DNA of 64,000 nt from Ruminococcus sp. (GTDB taxonomy: Bacteria > Bacillota > Clostridia > Oscillospirales > Ruminococcaceae), in the NCBI GenBank assembly GCA_017484095.1, contig JAFUTU010000008.1:19271-83270 (forward strand). Direction: 5' to 3'. Of the stretch, positions 1-9,969 are shown piece by piece. A model generated the notes under the pieces. The model was given only the letters and a program-made list of their open reading frames with translations. It searched no databases and was not told the DNA's origin. The position numbers and the translations under genes were made by a program. Within the stretch, counting starts at the first letter, position 1; every line of letters begins with the position of its first letter.

Positions 1-50
1 CGAGACTCTGCAGTATATCAATCCTATGGACGCAATGAATATATAAAAAT

Positions 51-80
51 AGTCCGTTCACCGATGAGGGTGAGCGGACT
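51..80. terminator. stem-loop downstream of purD, possibly bidirectional
   Basis: Inverted repeat AGTCCGTTCACC / GGTGAGCGGACT (one G-U position) with a 6-nt loop. An A-run precedes it and a T-rich run follows. It lies 9 nt beyond the purD stop (89-91, - strand). Confidence 0.5.
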
Positions 81-88
81 TTACATTT

Positions 89-1444
89 TTATTGTCTGAG
101 ATAAACTCCGTTTTCTTCGATATAGTTTTCCATATCCTCTTTGTATTCAAGCTCCAGAGGATCTTCGGGAGCTGCATTCAGAGCTCTCTGACCTATATCC
201 TTTCTGTAATGAGCCTTTTCGAAGCTTATCTTTGAAACTGCATCATATGACTTGTCAAGTGCAGCCTGCAATGTGTAGGCAGTGCAGGTAACACCCAGAA
301 CTCTGCCGCCTGCTGTCAGGAATTTGCCGTCTTCAAACTTGGTACCTGCGTGATATACTATAGCGCCTTCGATCTGTCCTTTTTCATCAAGACCGTCGAT
401 CTGCTTGCCTTTTTCATATTTTACAGGGTAGCCGCCGCTTGCCATTACAACGCAGGTGCAGAAGCCGTTCTTCCAGCTTATTTTAAGCTCTGAAAGCTTG
501 TGATCGCTGATCGCTTTGAATATCTCACAGAGGTCAGTCTCCAGCATAGGAAGAACTACCTGTGTTTCAGGGTCACCAAAGCGGCAGTTATACTCTATCA
601 CCTTCGGACCGTCAGGCGTTATCATGAGACCAAAGTATAAGCAGCCTTCAAATGTTCTGCCTTCCTTGTTCATAGCGTCGATAGTCGGCAGGAATATCTT
701 TTCCATACATTCCTTTGCGACCTCATCGGTATAGTAAGGATTAGGAGAAACAGTTCCCATTCCGCCTGTGTTAAGACCCTTGTCACCGTCAAGCGCTCTC
801 TTATGATCCATAGATGATATCATAGGAACGACCGTCTTGCCGTCAGTAAATGAAAGAACGGATACCTCGGGACCTGTTAAGTATTCTTCGATGACGATAG
901 TTGAGCTGCTTTCTCCGAACTGCTTGTCATCTATCATTGAATGGATAGCCGCAACAGCGTCCTTCTCGTTTTCAGCGAGGATAACTCCCTTGCCAAGGGC
1001 AAGGCCGTCAGCCTTGATAACGGTGGGATACTTGTTCTGCTTTTTCACATATGCTATCGCAGAATCACTGTCGGTGAATACCTCATAAGCTGCCGTCGGG
1101 ATCTTATACTTTTTCATCAGCTCCTTAGAGAACACCTTTGAGCCCTCTATAATAGCAGCAGCCTTTGTGGGGCCAAAGGTCAAAAACCCTTCAGCTCTCA
1201 TAGCGTCAACCATTCCCAGTACGAGAGGATCATCAGGTGCAACTGCTACCATATCGACCTTGAGCTTTTTAGCAAGCGCGACCATACCATCGATATCAGT
1301 CGCAGAAACGTCAAAGCACTCAGCATACTTGGATATTCCGCCATTTCCGGGGGCGCAGTAAAGCTTATCTACCAGGGGAGACTGAGCCAGCTTCATTATA
1401 ATGGCGTGCTCTCTTCCGCCGCCGCCGACAACAAGAATTTTCAT
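89..1444 (-). CDS. purD: phosphoribosylamine--glycine ligase (GAR synthetase)
   Basis: 451-aa ORF with the typical PurD N-terminus MKILVVGGGGREHA and ATP-grasp layout. It is the last gene of the tightly packed pur string. Confidence 0.95.
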   Translation of the reverse strand: MKILVVGGGGREHAIIMKLAQSPLVDKLYCAPGNGGISKYAECFDVSATDIDGMVALAKKLKVDMVAVAPDDPLVLGMVDAMRAEGFLTFGPTKAAAIIEGSKVFSKELMKKYKIPTAAYEVFTDSDSAIAYVKKQNKYPTVIKADGLALGKGVILAENEKDAVAAIHSMIDDKQFGESSSTIVIEEYLTGPEVSVLSFTDGKTVVPMISSMDHKRALDGDKGLNTGGMGTVSPNPYYTDEVAKECMEKIFLPTIDAMNKEGRTFEGCLYFGLMITPDGPKVIEYNCRFGDPETQVVLPMLETDLCEIFKAISDHKLSELKISWKNGFCTCVVMASGGYPVKYEKGKQIDGLDEKGQIEGAIVYHAGTKFEDGKFLTAGGRVLGVTCTAYTLQAALDKSYDAVSKISFEKAHYRKDIGQRALNAAPEDPLELEYKEDMENYIEENGVYLRQ

Positions 1445-1464
1445 AATATCAGTCCTTTCATAGC

Positions 1465-2094
1465 TTATTTGAAGGTAAATGTTGAGAGTATGCTCTCAGC
1501 ATCGGCAGACAGCTCATCAAAGCTGTCCACAGCCGCCGAATAGGTAACTATATAAAGGTTTGATCCTTTAATCGACAGTATCTGAACTGTTTTCAGATCT
1601 GTCTCCTGTGTCTGAGTGAAAGTAAGTGTGTAGGCCTTTTCACCAGACAGCTCAGATGTCTCACCGCTTATATCATTGACCTGATCGGAATATGTGTCGA
1701 TCATCATCTGACCGTAATCCTCAATGTCTGCATCTGCCAATTCATCGTCGGACACGGAGATCACGTTGAAGCTGCCGTAGCTGTTATCCTTCTGATAAAT
1801 GAACATACAGTCTATGGTATCGTCGCCCGTCTGCTGGAGCCACTTATCCTTATCGATCTCGAAGGAGTAAAGACTGCAGTCATATACATTATCAGTAAGC
1901 GTGCCGTCAGTAGTATGCTCGATGACAATATCGTCATCACCTGTATCAGTCTGAGCAGCGGACGAGCCTGAGGCTGCCTTGCTTGATGCAGATGAGTTTG
2001 CAGCTGCGCTGGATGATTTTTCGATCTTATTTTCACAGCCTGCGGCAGAAAGCATCATAAGCAGCGCCGCTGCTATGACAATTGATTTTTTCAT
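1465..2094 (-). CDS. putative secreted lipoprotein, function unknown
   Basis: 209 aa with a signal peptide and lipobox (LSAAG-C), followed by a Ser/Ala-rich linker. AAGGAG lies upstream of the ATG. The gap to purD is 20 nt and to the upstream gene 15 nt. Confidence 0.7.
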   Translation of the reverse strand: MKKSIVIAAALLMMLSAAGCENKIEKSSSAAANSSASSKAASGSSAAQTDTGDDDIVIEHTTDGTLTDNVYDCSLYSFEIDKDKWLQQTGDDTIDCMFIYQKDNSYGSFNVISVSDDELADADIEDYGQMMIDTYSDQVNDISGETSELSGEKAYTLTFTQTQETDLKTVQILSIKGSNLYIVTYSAAVDSFDELSADAESILSTFTFK

Positions 2095-2109
2095 CAGTGT
2101 ATCTCCTTA

Positions 2110-2861
2110 TTATTTGATCACGAGTGAATCAAGCACAGCCTTGAATTCAGAAGCATGGCTGTCGTAGTCGGACTCAGTTGATGTAAAGGTAACAGCTACC
2201 ATTTTTCCGTCGCCGAAAATATCATACTGCTCCTCAACAACAGGTGTGTCTGTGCCCGTACCGACATTTATCTTTACATAGATCGCATTGTTGTTGCCGA
2301 CCTTTATTGATTTTGAATCAAGAACTTCCACCTTATCACTTAAAGTTTCAAACATCTGTGTAAAATAATCAAGAAATTCGGTAGTGTCCATATCAGCAGT
2401 AACGCCGGGCACAGCAGTAGAAACAATATTTACCGAAGTTACAGGATCATTGACATTGAAATAATAGCAGGATATCTGAGCTCCTGCATCGATATTGATC
2501 CCCAGATTTTCCTGAGCAAGTGCAGCGGTGTCAACGTCAGACATATCGTAATACTCCCATACAGCAGGGTCAAACTCTGCCGCAAAGTTAGCGTCATCAT
2601 AGACATTCTCACCTGTAGGCCTGCCTCGGTGGTAGTAGTTGTTTCCTCGGGAGCCTCAGTCTCTGCCTCTGTGGTAGTTGTGGTAGTAGTTTCTTCCTCC
2701 TCAGATACGGTATCCTCAGCCTCGTTTAAAGAAGACGATATCTTCTTTGAAGACTTGTCATCATCGTTATCGTCGTCGCTGTTCTCAGAGCAGGCAGCAA
2801 ATGACATTGCCATTACAGCTGCAAGAAGGCCCGCAAGAATCTTCTTTGTGATGCTTTCCAT
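2110..2861 (-). pseudogene. frameshifted lipoprotein gene
   Basis: ORF 2439-2861 encodes a signal peptide, lipobox (SFAA-C) and an acidic/poly-Thr linker, then degenerates. The frame of ORF 2110-2544 stays open upstream of its ATG and reads ...PTGENVYDDANFAAEFDPAVWEYYDMSDVD.... The two frames meet at GAGGCAGGCCTACAGG (about 2612-2627, - strand). Adding one base would give a single ~250-aa lipoprotein. Confidence 0.6.
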
Positions 2862-2884
2862 AATTTTACTCTCCTTTTTTATCC

Positions 2885-4066
2885 TTAGTGGTGGAACAGT
2901 CTGATACCTGTGAAGGCCATAGCCATTCCGTATTTATTGCACGTCATAATAACGTGATCGTCTCTTATTGAGCCGCCCGGCTCAGCGATGTATTTAACGC
3001 CGCTCTTCTTGGCTCTCTCTATATTATCGCCAAACGGGAAGAATGCGTCTGAACCGAGACAAACGTCACTGTTCTTGGCGAGCCACTCCTTCTTCTCCTC
3101 ATCGGTAAGCACCTCAGGCTTTACCTTGAAGATGTTTTCCCATGCACCGTCAGCAAGAACGTCGTCATGCTCGTCGGAAATATAAACGTCGATAGCGTTG
3201 TCTCTGTCAGGACGTCTGATATTGTCAACGAACTGGAGACCGAGTACCTTCGGGTGCTGCCTGAGCCACCAGATATCAGCCTTGTTGCCTGCAAGCCTTG
3301 TGCAGTGGATACGTGACTGCTGACCTGCACCGATACCGATAGCCTGACCGTCCTTAACGTAGCAAACGCTGTTTGACTGAGTGTACTTTAGTGTGATGAG
3401 TGCGAGTACTAGGTCAGCCTTCTTGTCATCGGGGATATCTTTGTTATCGGTAACGATGTTTGAGAGCATATCGTTGTCGATCTTGAGCTCATTGCGGCCC
3501 TGTTCAAATGTTACGCCGAACACCTGCTTGCGCTCGATCTCGGCAGGAACATAATTTTCGTCGATCTTTATTATATTGTAGGTGCCTTTTCTTTTTGACT
3601 TTAAAATTTCGAGAGCCTCGTCAGTGTAGCCCGGTGCGATGATACCGTCAGACACTTCTCTCTGTATCATTTTAGCTGTGGTCACATCGCATACATCGGA
3701 AAGTGCGATGAAATCACCGTAGCTTGACATTCTGTCCGCACCTCTTGCTCTTGCATAGGCACAGGCAAGTGGAGAGAGCTCACCGAGATCGTCAACGAAG
3801 TAGATCTTAGCTTCGGTCTCGCTGAGAGGTCTGCCGAGCGCAGCACCTGCAGGAGAAACGTGCTTGAACGATGTAGCAGCGCACATACCTGTAGCAGCCT
3901 TTAATTCTCTTACAAGCTGCCAGCCGTTGAAAGCATCAAGCAGGTTGATGTAGCCCGGCTTGCCGTTTAGCACCTCAATGGGCAGCTCACTGTCGTCCTC
4001 CATAAAAACTCTTGACGGCTTCTGGTTAGGGTTGCAGCCGTATTTGAGTAACATTTCGTTTGCCAT
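2885..4066 (-). CDS. purH: AICAR formyltransferase (PurH transformylase half only, no IMP cyclohydrolase/MGS domain)
   Basis: Start moved to ATG 4066, with GGAGG 8 nt upstream; the track ORF begins at TTG 4087. About 393 aa ending FTGIRLFHH, with GIGAGQQSR, as in the C-terminal AICARFT domain of PurH. Confidence 0.9.
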   Translation of the reverse strand: MANEMLLKYGCNPNQKPSRVFMEDDSELPIEVLNGKPGYINLLDAFNGWQLVRELKAATGMCAATSFKHVSPAGAALGRPLSETEAKIYFVDDLGELSPLACAYARARGADRMSSYGDFIALSDVCDVTTAKMIQREVSDGIIAPGYTDEALEILKSKRKGTYNIIKIDENYVPAEIERKQVFGVTFEQGRNELKIDNDMLSNIVTDNKDIPDDKKADLVLALITLKYTQSNSVCYVKDGQAIGIGAGQQSRIHCTRLAGNKADIWWLRQHPKVLGLQFVDNIRRPDRDNAIDVYISDEHDDVLADGAWENIFKVKPEVLTDEEKKEWLAKNSDVCLGSDAFFPFGDNIERAKKSGVKYIAEPGGSIRDDHVIMTCNKYGMAMAFTGIRLFHH

Positions 4067-4093
4067 AGTTTTTACCTCCTGATACAAAACTCA

Positions 4094-4843
4094 TTATTTC
4101 TGAGCGTTTTCATTACAGTATTTTTCAAAATCTTCCTTTGTGCCGTTAAACACATTCATATCGATATATTGCTCATCTCCGTTATAGCCTTCAAGCTTCT
4201 TTGTGTCGCTGTACTGCCAGAAGTCCCACTTTTCAGCCTTAGCAAAAGGAACGTAGACCTGTCTTGTCCATATGCTTTGATCTTCAAATTCAGTTCCTTT
4301 TATATAGAGATCGAAGGCCTTGCCTGTAGTATAGATCACAGGTCTGACACCGTAGTGCACTTCCAGTGCATCAGCCATAGCTCTGAGTTCGGTCAGAACT
4401 TTCTCCTTATCGGGGTGAGCGTCAAAATATTTGCCGTAGAATTCAAGATCTATCGCAGGGGGAAGAGCATCTGCGGTCACTTCGACTGTTTCGATAAAAT
4501 GCTCTGCCTGAGATTCGCCGCTGCTGTCAAAGCTGAAAAAGTGGTAAGCGCCAGCTTTGAGCCCTGCTTTTCTAGCTTCGGAAAAGTTATATCCAAACCT
4601 GTCATCGGTCCATGAGCTTCCTTCTGTTGCTTTGATATACGCAAAGCTTATATCCTGAGAAGAAAGTGTCTCCCAGTCGATCTTGCCCTGATAGCCTGAT
4701 ACATCAACGCCTTTGACCTCATATTTCCCGATAAACAGCTCGTTCGGGTGGATAAGCTTCGCAAGTGTGAGCCCTGCAAGCAGAACACAGACGATAAGCA
4801 TAGCTACGATGGATATCAGAGTGATCTTTAGCGGCTTTTTCAT
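4094..4843 (-). CDS. membrane-anchored GH25 muramidase (lysozyme)
   Basis: N-terminal TM helix followed by GH25 hallmarks: KGVDVSGYQGKIDW, FAYIKATEG, AYHFF, IDLE. Its ATG overlaps the stop of the upstream purO-type gene (TAATG at 4841-4845). Confidence 0.85.
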   Translation of the reverse strand: MKKPLKITLISIVAMLIVCVLLAGLTLAKLIHPNELFIGKYEVKGVDVSGYQGKIDWETLSSQDISFAYIKATEGSSWTDDRFGYNFSEARKAGLKAGAYHFFSFDSSGESQAEHFIETVEVTADALPPAIDLEFYGKYFDAHPDKEKVLTELRAMADALEVHYGVRPVIYTTGKAFDLYIKGTEFEDQSIWTRQVYVPFAKAEKWDFWQYSDTKKLEGYNGDEQYIDMNVFNGTKEDFEKYCNENAQK

Positions 4844-5562
4844 TACACTTTCTCGTATTTGTTAACTACCTTAGTATCAGCCTTGCCTGTTTCGATATCG
4901 ATGTATCTTACAAACAGAGATACCTTGTTGTCCTCGTTAAGTGCATCCCAGAGCTTTTCGGTGAATTCGTCTATGCTGTCGGGAACGGTTATCTTTTCAG
5001 GTTCGCCCTCAAAGCTTGGCAGGGGAGAGCCGTCACCCATATAGGTGTGGATAAAGTGGCCTATACCGTTCAGCGGCTCGCTGTAAGCATAGGTGAAGCG
5101 CTCAACGCACTCAGGGTCACCGTCAGCAGACTTGATTATATTCATAGCATAATTGTATTTTCCGTTGTCAACGTGCATAATGCCCGAGATACGCGGAGTA
5201 TAGTTCGGAGCGTCGTCCTCATAAACTCTTGTTCTGAGAGACTGCTCAAAGGTTTGCTGCTTGTCCATAAGCTCGTAGATAGTGTCGGTCTGGTCGCCGT
5301 TTGTAACGATAGTCTTGTTTCCGAGCACACGAACAGGTGAATAGATTATGAGGTGCGGATCGGAAAGCTTGCTGGGGTCAGCAGCCTCTGTCTTGATGCC
5401 GTCCTCGGTCTCGGTGAACACTCTGTTTCTGGAATTGACGCTTCTGCCCATGATGAAGTATGCAGTTGCAGCGTTCTTGCCATCAGGTGTTTTTCCGATG
5501 ATTATACCTCTTCCCGGGTAAGCATTATTCCTGAGCTGTTCGTAAATGTCAAGAGTTTTCAT
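4843..5562 (-). CDS. purO: IMP cyclohydrolase, PurO (archaeal-type) family
   Basis: 239 aa. The N-terminus NAYPGRGIIIGKTPDG...AYFIMGRS resembles stand-alone PurO-like IMP cyclohydrolases. It sits between purN and the cyclohydrolase-less purH. GGAGG RBS. Confidence 0.75.
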   Translation of the reverse strand: MKTLDIYEQLRNNAYPGRGIIIGKTPDGKNAATAYFIMGRSVNSRNRVFTETEDGIKTEAADPSKLSDPHLIIYSPVRVLGNKTIVTNGDQTDTIYELMDKQQTFEQSLRTRVYEDDAPNYTPRISGIMHVDNGKYNYAMNIIKSADGDPECVERFTYAYSEPLNGIGHFIHTYMGDGSPLPSFEGEPEKITVPDSIDEFTEKLWDALNEDNKVSLFVRYIDIETGKADTKVVNKYEKV

Positions 5563-5577
5563 AGGTTTTCCTCCGTT

Positions 5578-6204
5578 CTATAGATCAACATAAGCCTTGC
5601 CGTCTTTTACCGTTATCCTGTCCTCACAGAACAGTGAAACAGCCTTCGGCAGAAGCTTCCATTCAACGTTTTCCATTATTCTTCGCTGTAATGTTTCGGG
5701 GGTGTCGCCATTTTCAACAGCTACCGTTCCCTGAAGTATTATAGGTCCGCCGTCGCAGACCTCTGTCACAAAATGCACAGTGGCGCCTGATACCTTAACT
5801 CCCTTTTCAAGAGCAGCTTCATGAACGTGCAGCCCGTAAAAACCCTTGCCGCAGAAGCTCGGTATCAGTGCAGGATGAACGTTTATCATTTTATAAGGGA
5901 ACGCCTTGCATACCTGCTCGTCAAGTATTGTCATAAAGCCTGCATAAACTACAAGATCAGCCTTCTCTTCGATGAGTACATCTGTCATAGCCTTTGAGTA
6001 AGCAGCTATGTCAGGGTAGTCTTTTCTGACGAGAACACGTGTCTTTATGCCTGCATTCTCAGCTCTCTCAAGAGCGTATGCGTCAGCCTTTGACGAGATA
6101 ACGCAGATTATCCTGCCGCCCTTTATCTCTCCTCTGTTCTGAGCATCTATCAGCGCCTGCAGGTTGGTACCGCCGCCTGAAACGAGCACACAGATGTTTT
6201 TCAT
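5578..6204 (-). CDS. purN: phosphoribosylglycinamide formyltransferase
   Basis: 208 aa with VLVSGGGTNLQALID and NVHPALIPSF motifs typical of GART. Confidence 0.93.
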   Translation of the reverse strand: MKNICVLVSGGGTNLQALIDAQNRGEIKGGRIICVISSKADAYALERAENAGIKTRVLVRKDYPDIAAYSKAMTDVLIEEKADLVVYAGFMTILDEQVCKAFPYKMINVHPALIPSFCGKGFYGLHVHEAALEKGVKVSGATVHFVTEVCDGGPIILQGTVAVENGDTPETLQRRIMENVEWKLLPKAVSLFCEDRITVKDGKAYVDL

Positions 6205-6218
6205 ATCTATCCTCCGTA

Positions 6219-7259
6219 TCAGCAGATGATAACGCCCTCATCGCTCTCCACAAGCTCACCGAGAACATAAGCGTCCTCTCCGGCTGCTTTAAGGGCAGCT
6301 ATAGCCTTGTCAGCATCTGCTTTATCAACAACTACTGTCATTCCAACACCCATGTTATAAGTGTTGAACATATCTCTTTCGGGAATGTTGCCTGCCTTAG
6401 CGATAACATCGAATACAGGCAGCACCTGTACTGCGGAGCGCTCTATCTTAGCGGAGAGCCCTGTGGGAAGTGCTCTCGGTATATTCTCGTAGAAGCCGCC
6501 GCCCGTGATGTGGGAGATCGACTTTACGGTCACGCTGTCGATCAGTGACATAATAGCCTTTACATATATCCTTGTAGGAGTAAGCAGTGTCTCTCCGAGT
6601 GTCTGTCCAAGATCATCATAATGAACAGCAACAGACTTTTCGTTCAGATCGAACACACTTCTTACCAGAGAGAAGCCGTTTGAGTGGATACCGCTTGACT
6701 TTATAGCGATCATCACATCTCCTGCCTTTTGAGCGGTCGGGTCAAGTATCTTAGCCTTGTCGACCACTCCGACAGAGAACCCTGCAAGATCGTATTCGTC
6801 CTCGGGCATAAGTCCCGGGTGCTCGGCAGTCTCACCGCCGATAAGCGCACAGCCTGCCTGAACGCAGCCTTCCGCAACACCTGAAACTATCTGAGCTATC
6901 TTTTCGGGGTAGTTCTTTCCACAGGCTATATAGTCAAGGAAAAACTGGGGCTTAGCTCCGCAGCAGATGATGTCATTCACGCACATTGCCACACAGTCTA
7001 TGCCGACAGTGTCGTGCTTGTCCATAATGAAAGCGAGCTTTATCTTTGTGCCGACGCCGTCAGTTCCCGATACAAGAACAGGCTTTGTTATGCCTGTAAG
7101 ATCGAGCTCATACAGTCCGCCAAAGCCGCCGATGCTGCCAATTGCACCTGCATTCATAGTCCTTGCAACGTGCTGCTTCATAAGCTCTACAGCCTTATAT
7201 CCCGCTGTTACGTCAACACCTGCTTTTTTATAGCTGTCTGAAAAGCTTTTATTGTTCAT
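6219..7259 (-). CDS. purM: phosphoribosylformylglycinamidine cyclo-ligase (AIR synthetase)
   Basis: 346 aa with YKAGVD and SGTDGVGTK motifs of PurM. Confidence 0.95.
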   Translation of the reverse strand: MNNKSFSDSYKKAGVDVTAGYKAVELMKQHVARTMNAGAIGSIGGFGGLYELDLTGITKPVLVSGTDGVGTKIKLAFIMDKHDTVGIDCVAMCVNDIICCGAKPQFFLDYIACGKNYPEKIAQIVSGVAEGCVQAGCALIGGETAEHPGLMPEDEYDLAGFSVGVVDKAKILDPTAQKAGDVMIAIKSSGIHSNGFSLVRSVFDLNEKSVAVHYDDLGQTLGETLLTPTRIYVKAIMSLIDSVTVKSISHITGGGFYENIPRALPTGLSAKIERSAVQVLPVFDVIAKAGNIPERDMFNTYNMGVGMTVVVDKADADKAIAALKAAGEDAYVLGELVESDEGVIIC

Positions 7260-7287
7260 ATAAACATTCCTTTCGGGTGATGTGTTT

Positions 7288-8709
7288 TTATTCTTTTCCT
7301 GTCCAGCAGTACGAGCAGAGCTTGCACTCGTCTATCCCTACTGCCTTTACCGTTCCGGGGTATGACTGGAATTCAAGAGAGGTCAGCTTCAGTCTTCTGC
7401 ATATCTCATCGCGGAGCACTCTTCCTCTTTCAGTGTTCGAGTCGCTGTACTCAGCGATATACTTAACTCCCTCGGCGCCCTCTTTCTCATCGATTATCTG
7501 TCTTGCGATGAGCTCTAGCTCGGAAGTGCTTCTCGAGAAATTAAGATATTTGCACCCATACATTATCGGAGGACATGCCGAGCGCATATGTACCTCTTTA
7601 GCACCGTTCTCATAAAGGAACTCTACAGTCTCCCTCATCTGGGTGCCTCTTACTATGCTGTCGTCGACAAACAGCAGTCTCTTTCCTTCGATAAGATCAT
7701 GAACAGGGATAAGCTTCATCTTTGCGACTCTGTTTCTCATTGACTGATTGGTCGGCATAAAGCTCCTCGGCCACGTAGGTGTATATTTTATAAACGGTCT
7801 TGCAAAAGGGATACCGCTCTTGTTCGCGTAGCCGATAGCGTGAGGCGTTCCCGAATCAGGTACACCGCAGACGTAGTCAACATCAGGCAGCCTTCCATTT
7901 TTAATATCGGTCTCTGCCATTATCTCGCCGTTGCGGGTACGCATCATCTCGACGTTTACACCCTCATACCTAGCATTCGGGTAGCCGTAATACGTCCACA
8001 GGAAGGTGCAGATCTTGGTGTTGTCAGTTCCTTCGCTGAGGATAGTGTAGCCGTCCTTTGTGAGCTCCAGTATCTCAGCAGACTTCATTTCATGACAGGT
8101 CGTATAGCCGAGCTTCTGGAAAGCGAAAGACTCAAATGAGAAGCAGTAGCCGTCCGATCTCTTGCCTATGATTATGGGCAGCCTACCGTATTTATCCCTT
8201 GCACAGATGATAGAGTTCTCTCTCATTATCACCAGAGACATCGTTCCCTCTATCTTCTCCTGTGCATATCTTATGCCATCGACAAAACTATCCTTCTGGG
8301 CGATCAGCGCGCCGATAAGACCTGCTGAGTTTATAGATCCGCTGCTCATCGTCTCGAAGTTTGAGCAGCCCTGTTCCAGCAGCTCTTTTGAAAGCTCCTC
8401 GGCATTTCTTATGATACCTATAGAGCAGATCGCATACAGCCCGAGCTTTGATCTTACCATTATAGGCTGAGGATCGGTATCACTTATACAGCCGATGCAT
8501 ATATTTCCGCGCATCGACTGGATATCCTTGTCGAGCTTTGTTCTGAACGGTGAGTTCTCGATGCTGTGGATATTTCTCTGATAGCCCAGTTCAGGGGTGT
8601 ATGAGGTCATTCCTCCGCGTCTTGTTCCGAGGTGTGAATGATAGTCGGTCCCGAAGAAAACGTCCTGAATACAGTCGTTAGCGGAGACCGCTCCAAAAAA
8701 ACCGCCCAT
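7288..8709 (-). CDS. purF: amidophosphoribosyltransferase homologue with atypical N-terminal (glutaminase) domain
   Basis: 473 aa. The PRTase half is intact ([13 protein letters not shown]) and a C-terminal Cys cluster is present (CKLCSYC). The N-terminus reads MGGFFG instead of the canonical Cys-first CG(I/V)FG. The ATG follows the purC stop directly (TAA TAA ATG). Confidence 0.85.
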   Translation of the reverse strand: MGGFFGAVSANDCIQDVFFGTDYHSHLGTRRGGMTSYTPELGYQRNIHSIENSPFRTKLDKDIQSMRGNICIGCISDTDPQPIMVRSKLGLYAICSIGIIRNAEELSKELLEQGCSNFETMSSGSINSAGLIGALIAQKDSFVDGIRYAQEKIEGTMSLVIMRENSIICARDKYGRLPIIIGKRSDGYCFSFESFAFQKLGYTTCHEMKSAEILELTKDGYTILSEGTDNTKICTFLWTYYGYPNARYEGVNVEMMRTRNGEIMAETDIKNGRLPDVDYVCGVPDSGTPHAIGYANKSGIPFARPFIKYTPTWPRSFMPTNQSMRNRVAKMKLIPVHDLIEGKRLLFVDDSIVRGTQMRETVEFLYENGAKEVHMRSACPPIMYGCKYLNFSRSTSELELIARQIIDEKEGAEGVKYIAEYSDSNTERGRVLRDEICRRLKLTSLEFQSYPGTVKAVGIDECKLCSYCWTGKE

Positions 8710-8712
8710 TTA

Positions 8713-9429
8713 TTATTCTCCCATTACTCTCTTTATCATTTCCTGATATGCTTCCTCTACGCCGCCGAGGTCTCTTCTGAACCTGTCCTTGTCGAGCTTC
8801 TCGTGCGTTGTCGAATCCCAGAAACGGCAGGTGTCAGGAGATATCTCATCAGCAAGAAGAATCTGATCGTGGAATCTGCCGAACTCGATCTTGAAGTCGA
8901 TAAGGTCAATGTTTATGTTCCTGAAGAATTTTACCATAAAGTCATTTACCTTGAATGCATACTCAGCTATCTTCTCGAGCTCTTCCTTGGTTGCGATACC
9001 GAGAGCAAGCGCATAATAATCATTGATGAACGGATCGCCGAGATCATCGTTCTTGTAGCTGTATTCAAGTATCGGAGTGAGCAGCTTGGTGCCCTCCTCA
9101 ACGCCCATCCTCTTGGAGAAGCTTCCTGCTGCAACGTTTCTGATGATGACCTCGAGCTGAACGATCTCTACCTTCTTGACTATGGTCTCTCTGTCGGATA
9201 TCTCCTCAACAAGGTGAGTGGGAACGCCCTCTTTTTCGAGCAGCTTGAACATATAGTTTGTCATCTTGTTGTTGATAACGCCCTTGCCCGTGATAGTGCC
9301 CTTCTTCTCGCCGTTGAATGCTGTTGCATCGTCCTTGTAGTCAACGATAACGAGATCAGGATCGTTAGTTGCAAAAACCTTCTTTGCCTTTCCTTCGTAG
9401 AGCTGAGCTCCCTTGATTACATCTGCCAT
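8713..9429 (-). CDS. purC: SAICAR synthetase
   Basis: 238 aa with the [11 protein letters not shown]-terminus and overall PurC pattern. Confidence 0.95.
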   Translation of the reverse strand: MADVIKGAQLYEGKAKKVFATNDPDLVIVDYKDDATAFNGEKKGTITGKGVINNKMTNYMFKLLEKEGVPTHLVEEISDRETIVKKVEIVQLEVIIRNVAAGSFSKRMGVEEGTKLLTPILEYSYKNDDLGDPFINDYYALALGIATKEELEKIAEYAFKVNDFMVKFFRNINIDLIDFKIEFGRFHDQILLADEISPDTCRFWDSTTHEKLDKDRFRRDLGGVEEAYQEMIKRVMGE

Positions 9430-9471
9430 AGTGATTACCTCCTGAATATTTTAGATCATTTTTTGTCTTTA

Positions 9472-9969
9472 TTAAAGCAGTTCTATCTGCTCCTGAAGAG
9501 CCTTGTCCTTGGCGATAACGCCGTCAAGCATTTCCTGCTTTGCTTTTTGAAGCTTTGTCGCCAGCACCTCGTCCGAGAGAGCCAGCATCTGTATTGCCAG
9601 AATAGCTGCATTTTTTGCACCGTCAACAGCAACTGTAGCAACAGGTATGCCGCTCGGCATCATGACCGTTGCGAGAAGCGCATCAAGTCCGTCAAGCTGC
9701 GCTCCCTTGCAGGGGATACCGATAACGGGCAAGGTGGTATGGGCTGCAATAACGCCTGCCAGATGCGCTGCCATTCCTGCCGCACAAATGATAACTGCGA
9801 AACCGTTGTCCTTAGCGCTTGCTGCGAACTCAGCCGCCAGAGAAGGCGATCTGTGTGCCGACATTACGTGACACTCAAACGGAACGTCATAAGCTTTAAG
9901 CTCGGCAAGAGCTTTCTTAACTACAGGAAAATCGCTGTCCGAACCCATGATGACTGCAACTTTTTTCAT
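9472..9969 (-). CDS. purE: N5-carboxyaminoimidazole ribonucleotide mutase
   Basis: 165 aa with IMGSDSD, MSAHRSP and AAGMAAHLAG motifs. First gene of the operon. Confidence 0.95.
   Translation of the reverse strand: MKKVAVIMGSDSDFPVVKKALAELKAYDVPFECHVMSAHRSPSLAAEFAASAKDNGFAVIICAAGMAAHLAGVIAAHTTLPVIGIPCKGAQLDGLDALLATVMMPSGIPVATVAVDGAKNAAILAIQMLALSDEVLATKLQKAKQEMLDGVIAKDKALQEQIELL

Noticed and set aside
2-46. Possible 3' end of a plus-strand gene (...ETLQYINPMDAMNI*) before the first hairpin
   Set aside because: Only 15 codons are visible, and two other frames are also open for a similar length. It cannot be supported from this window.
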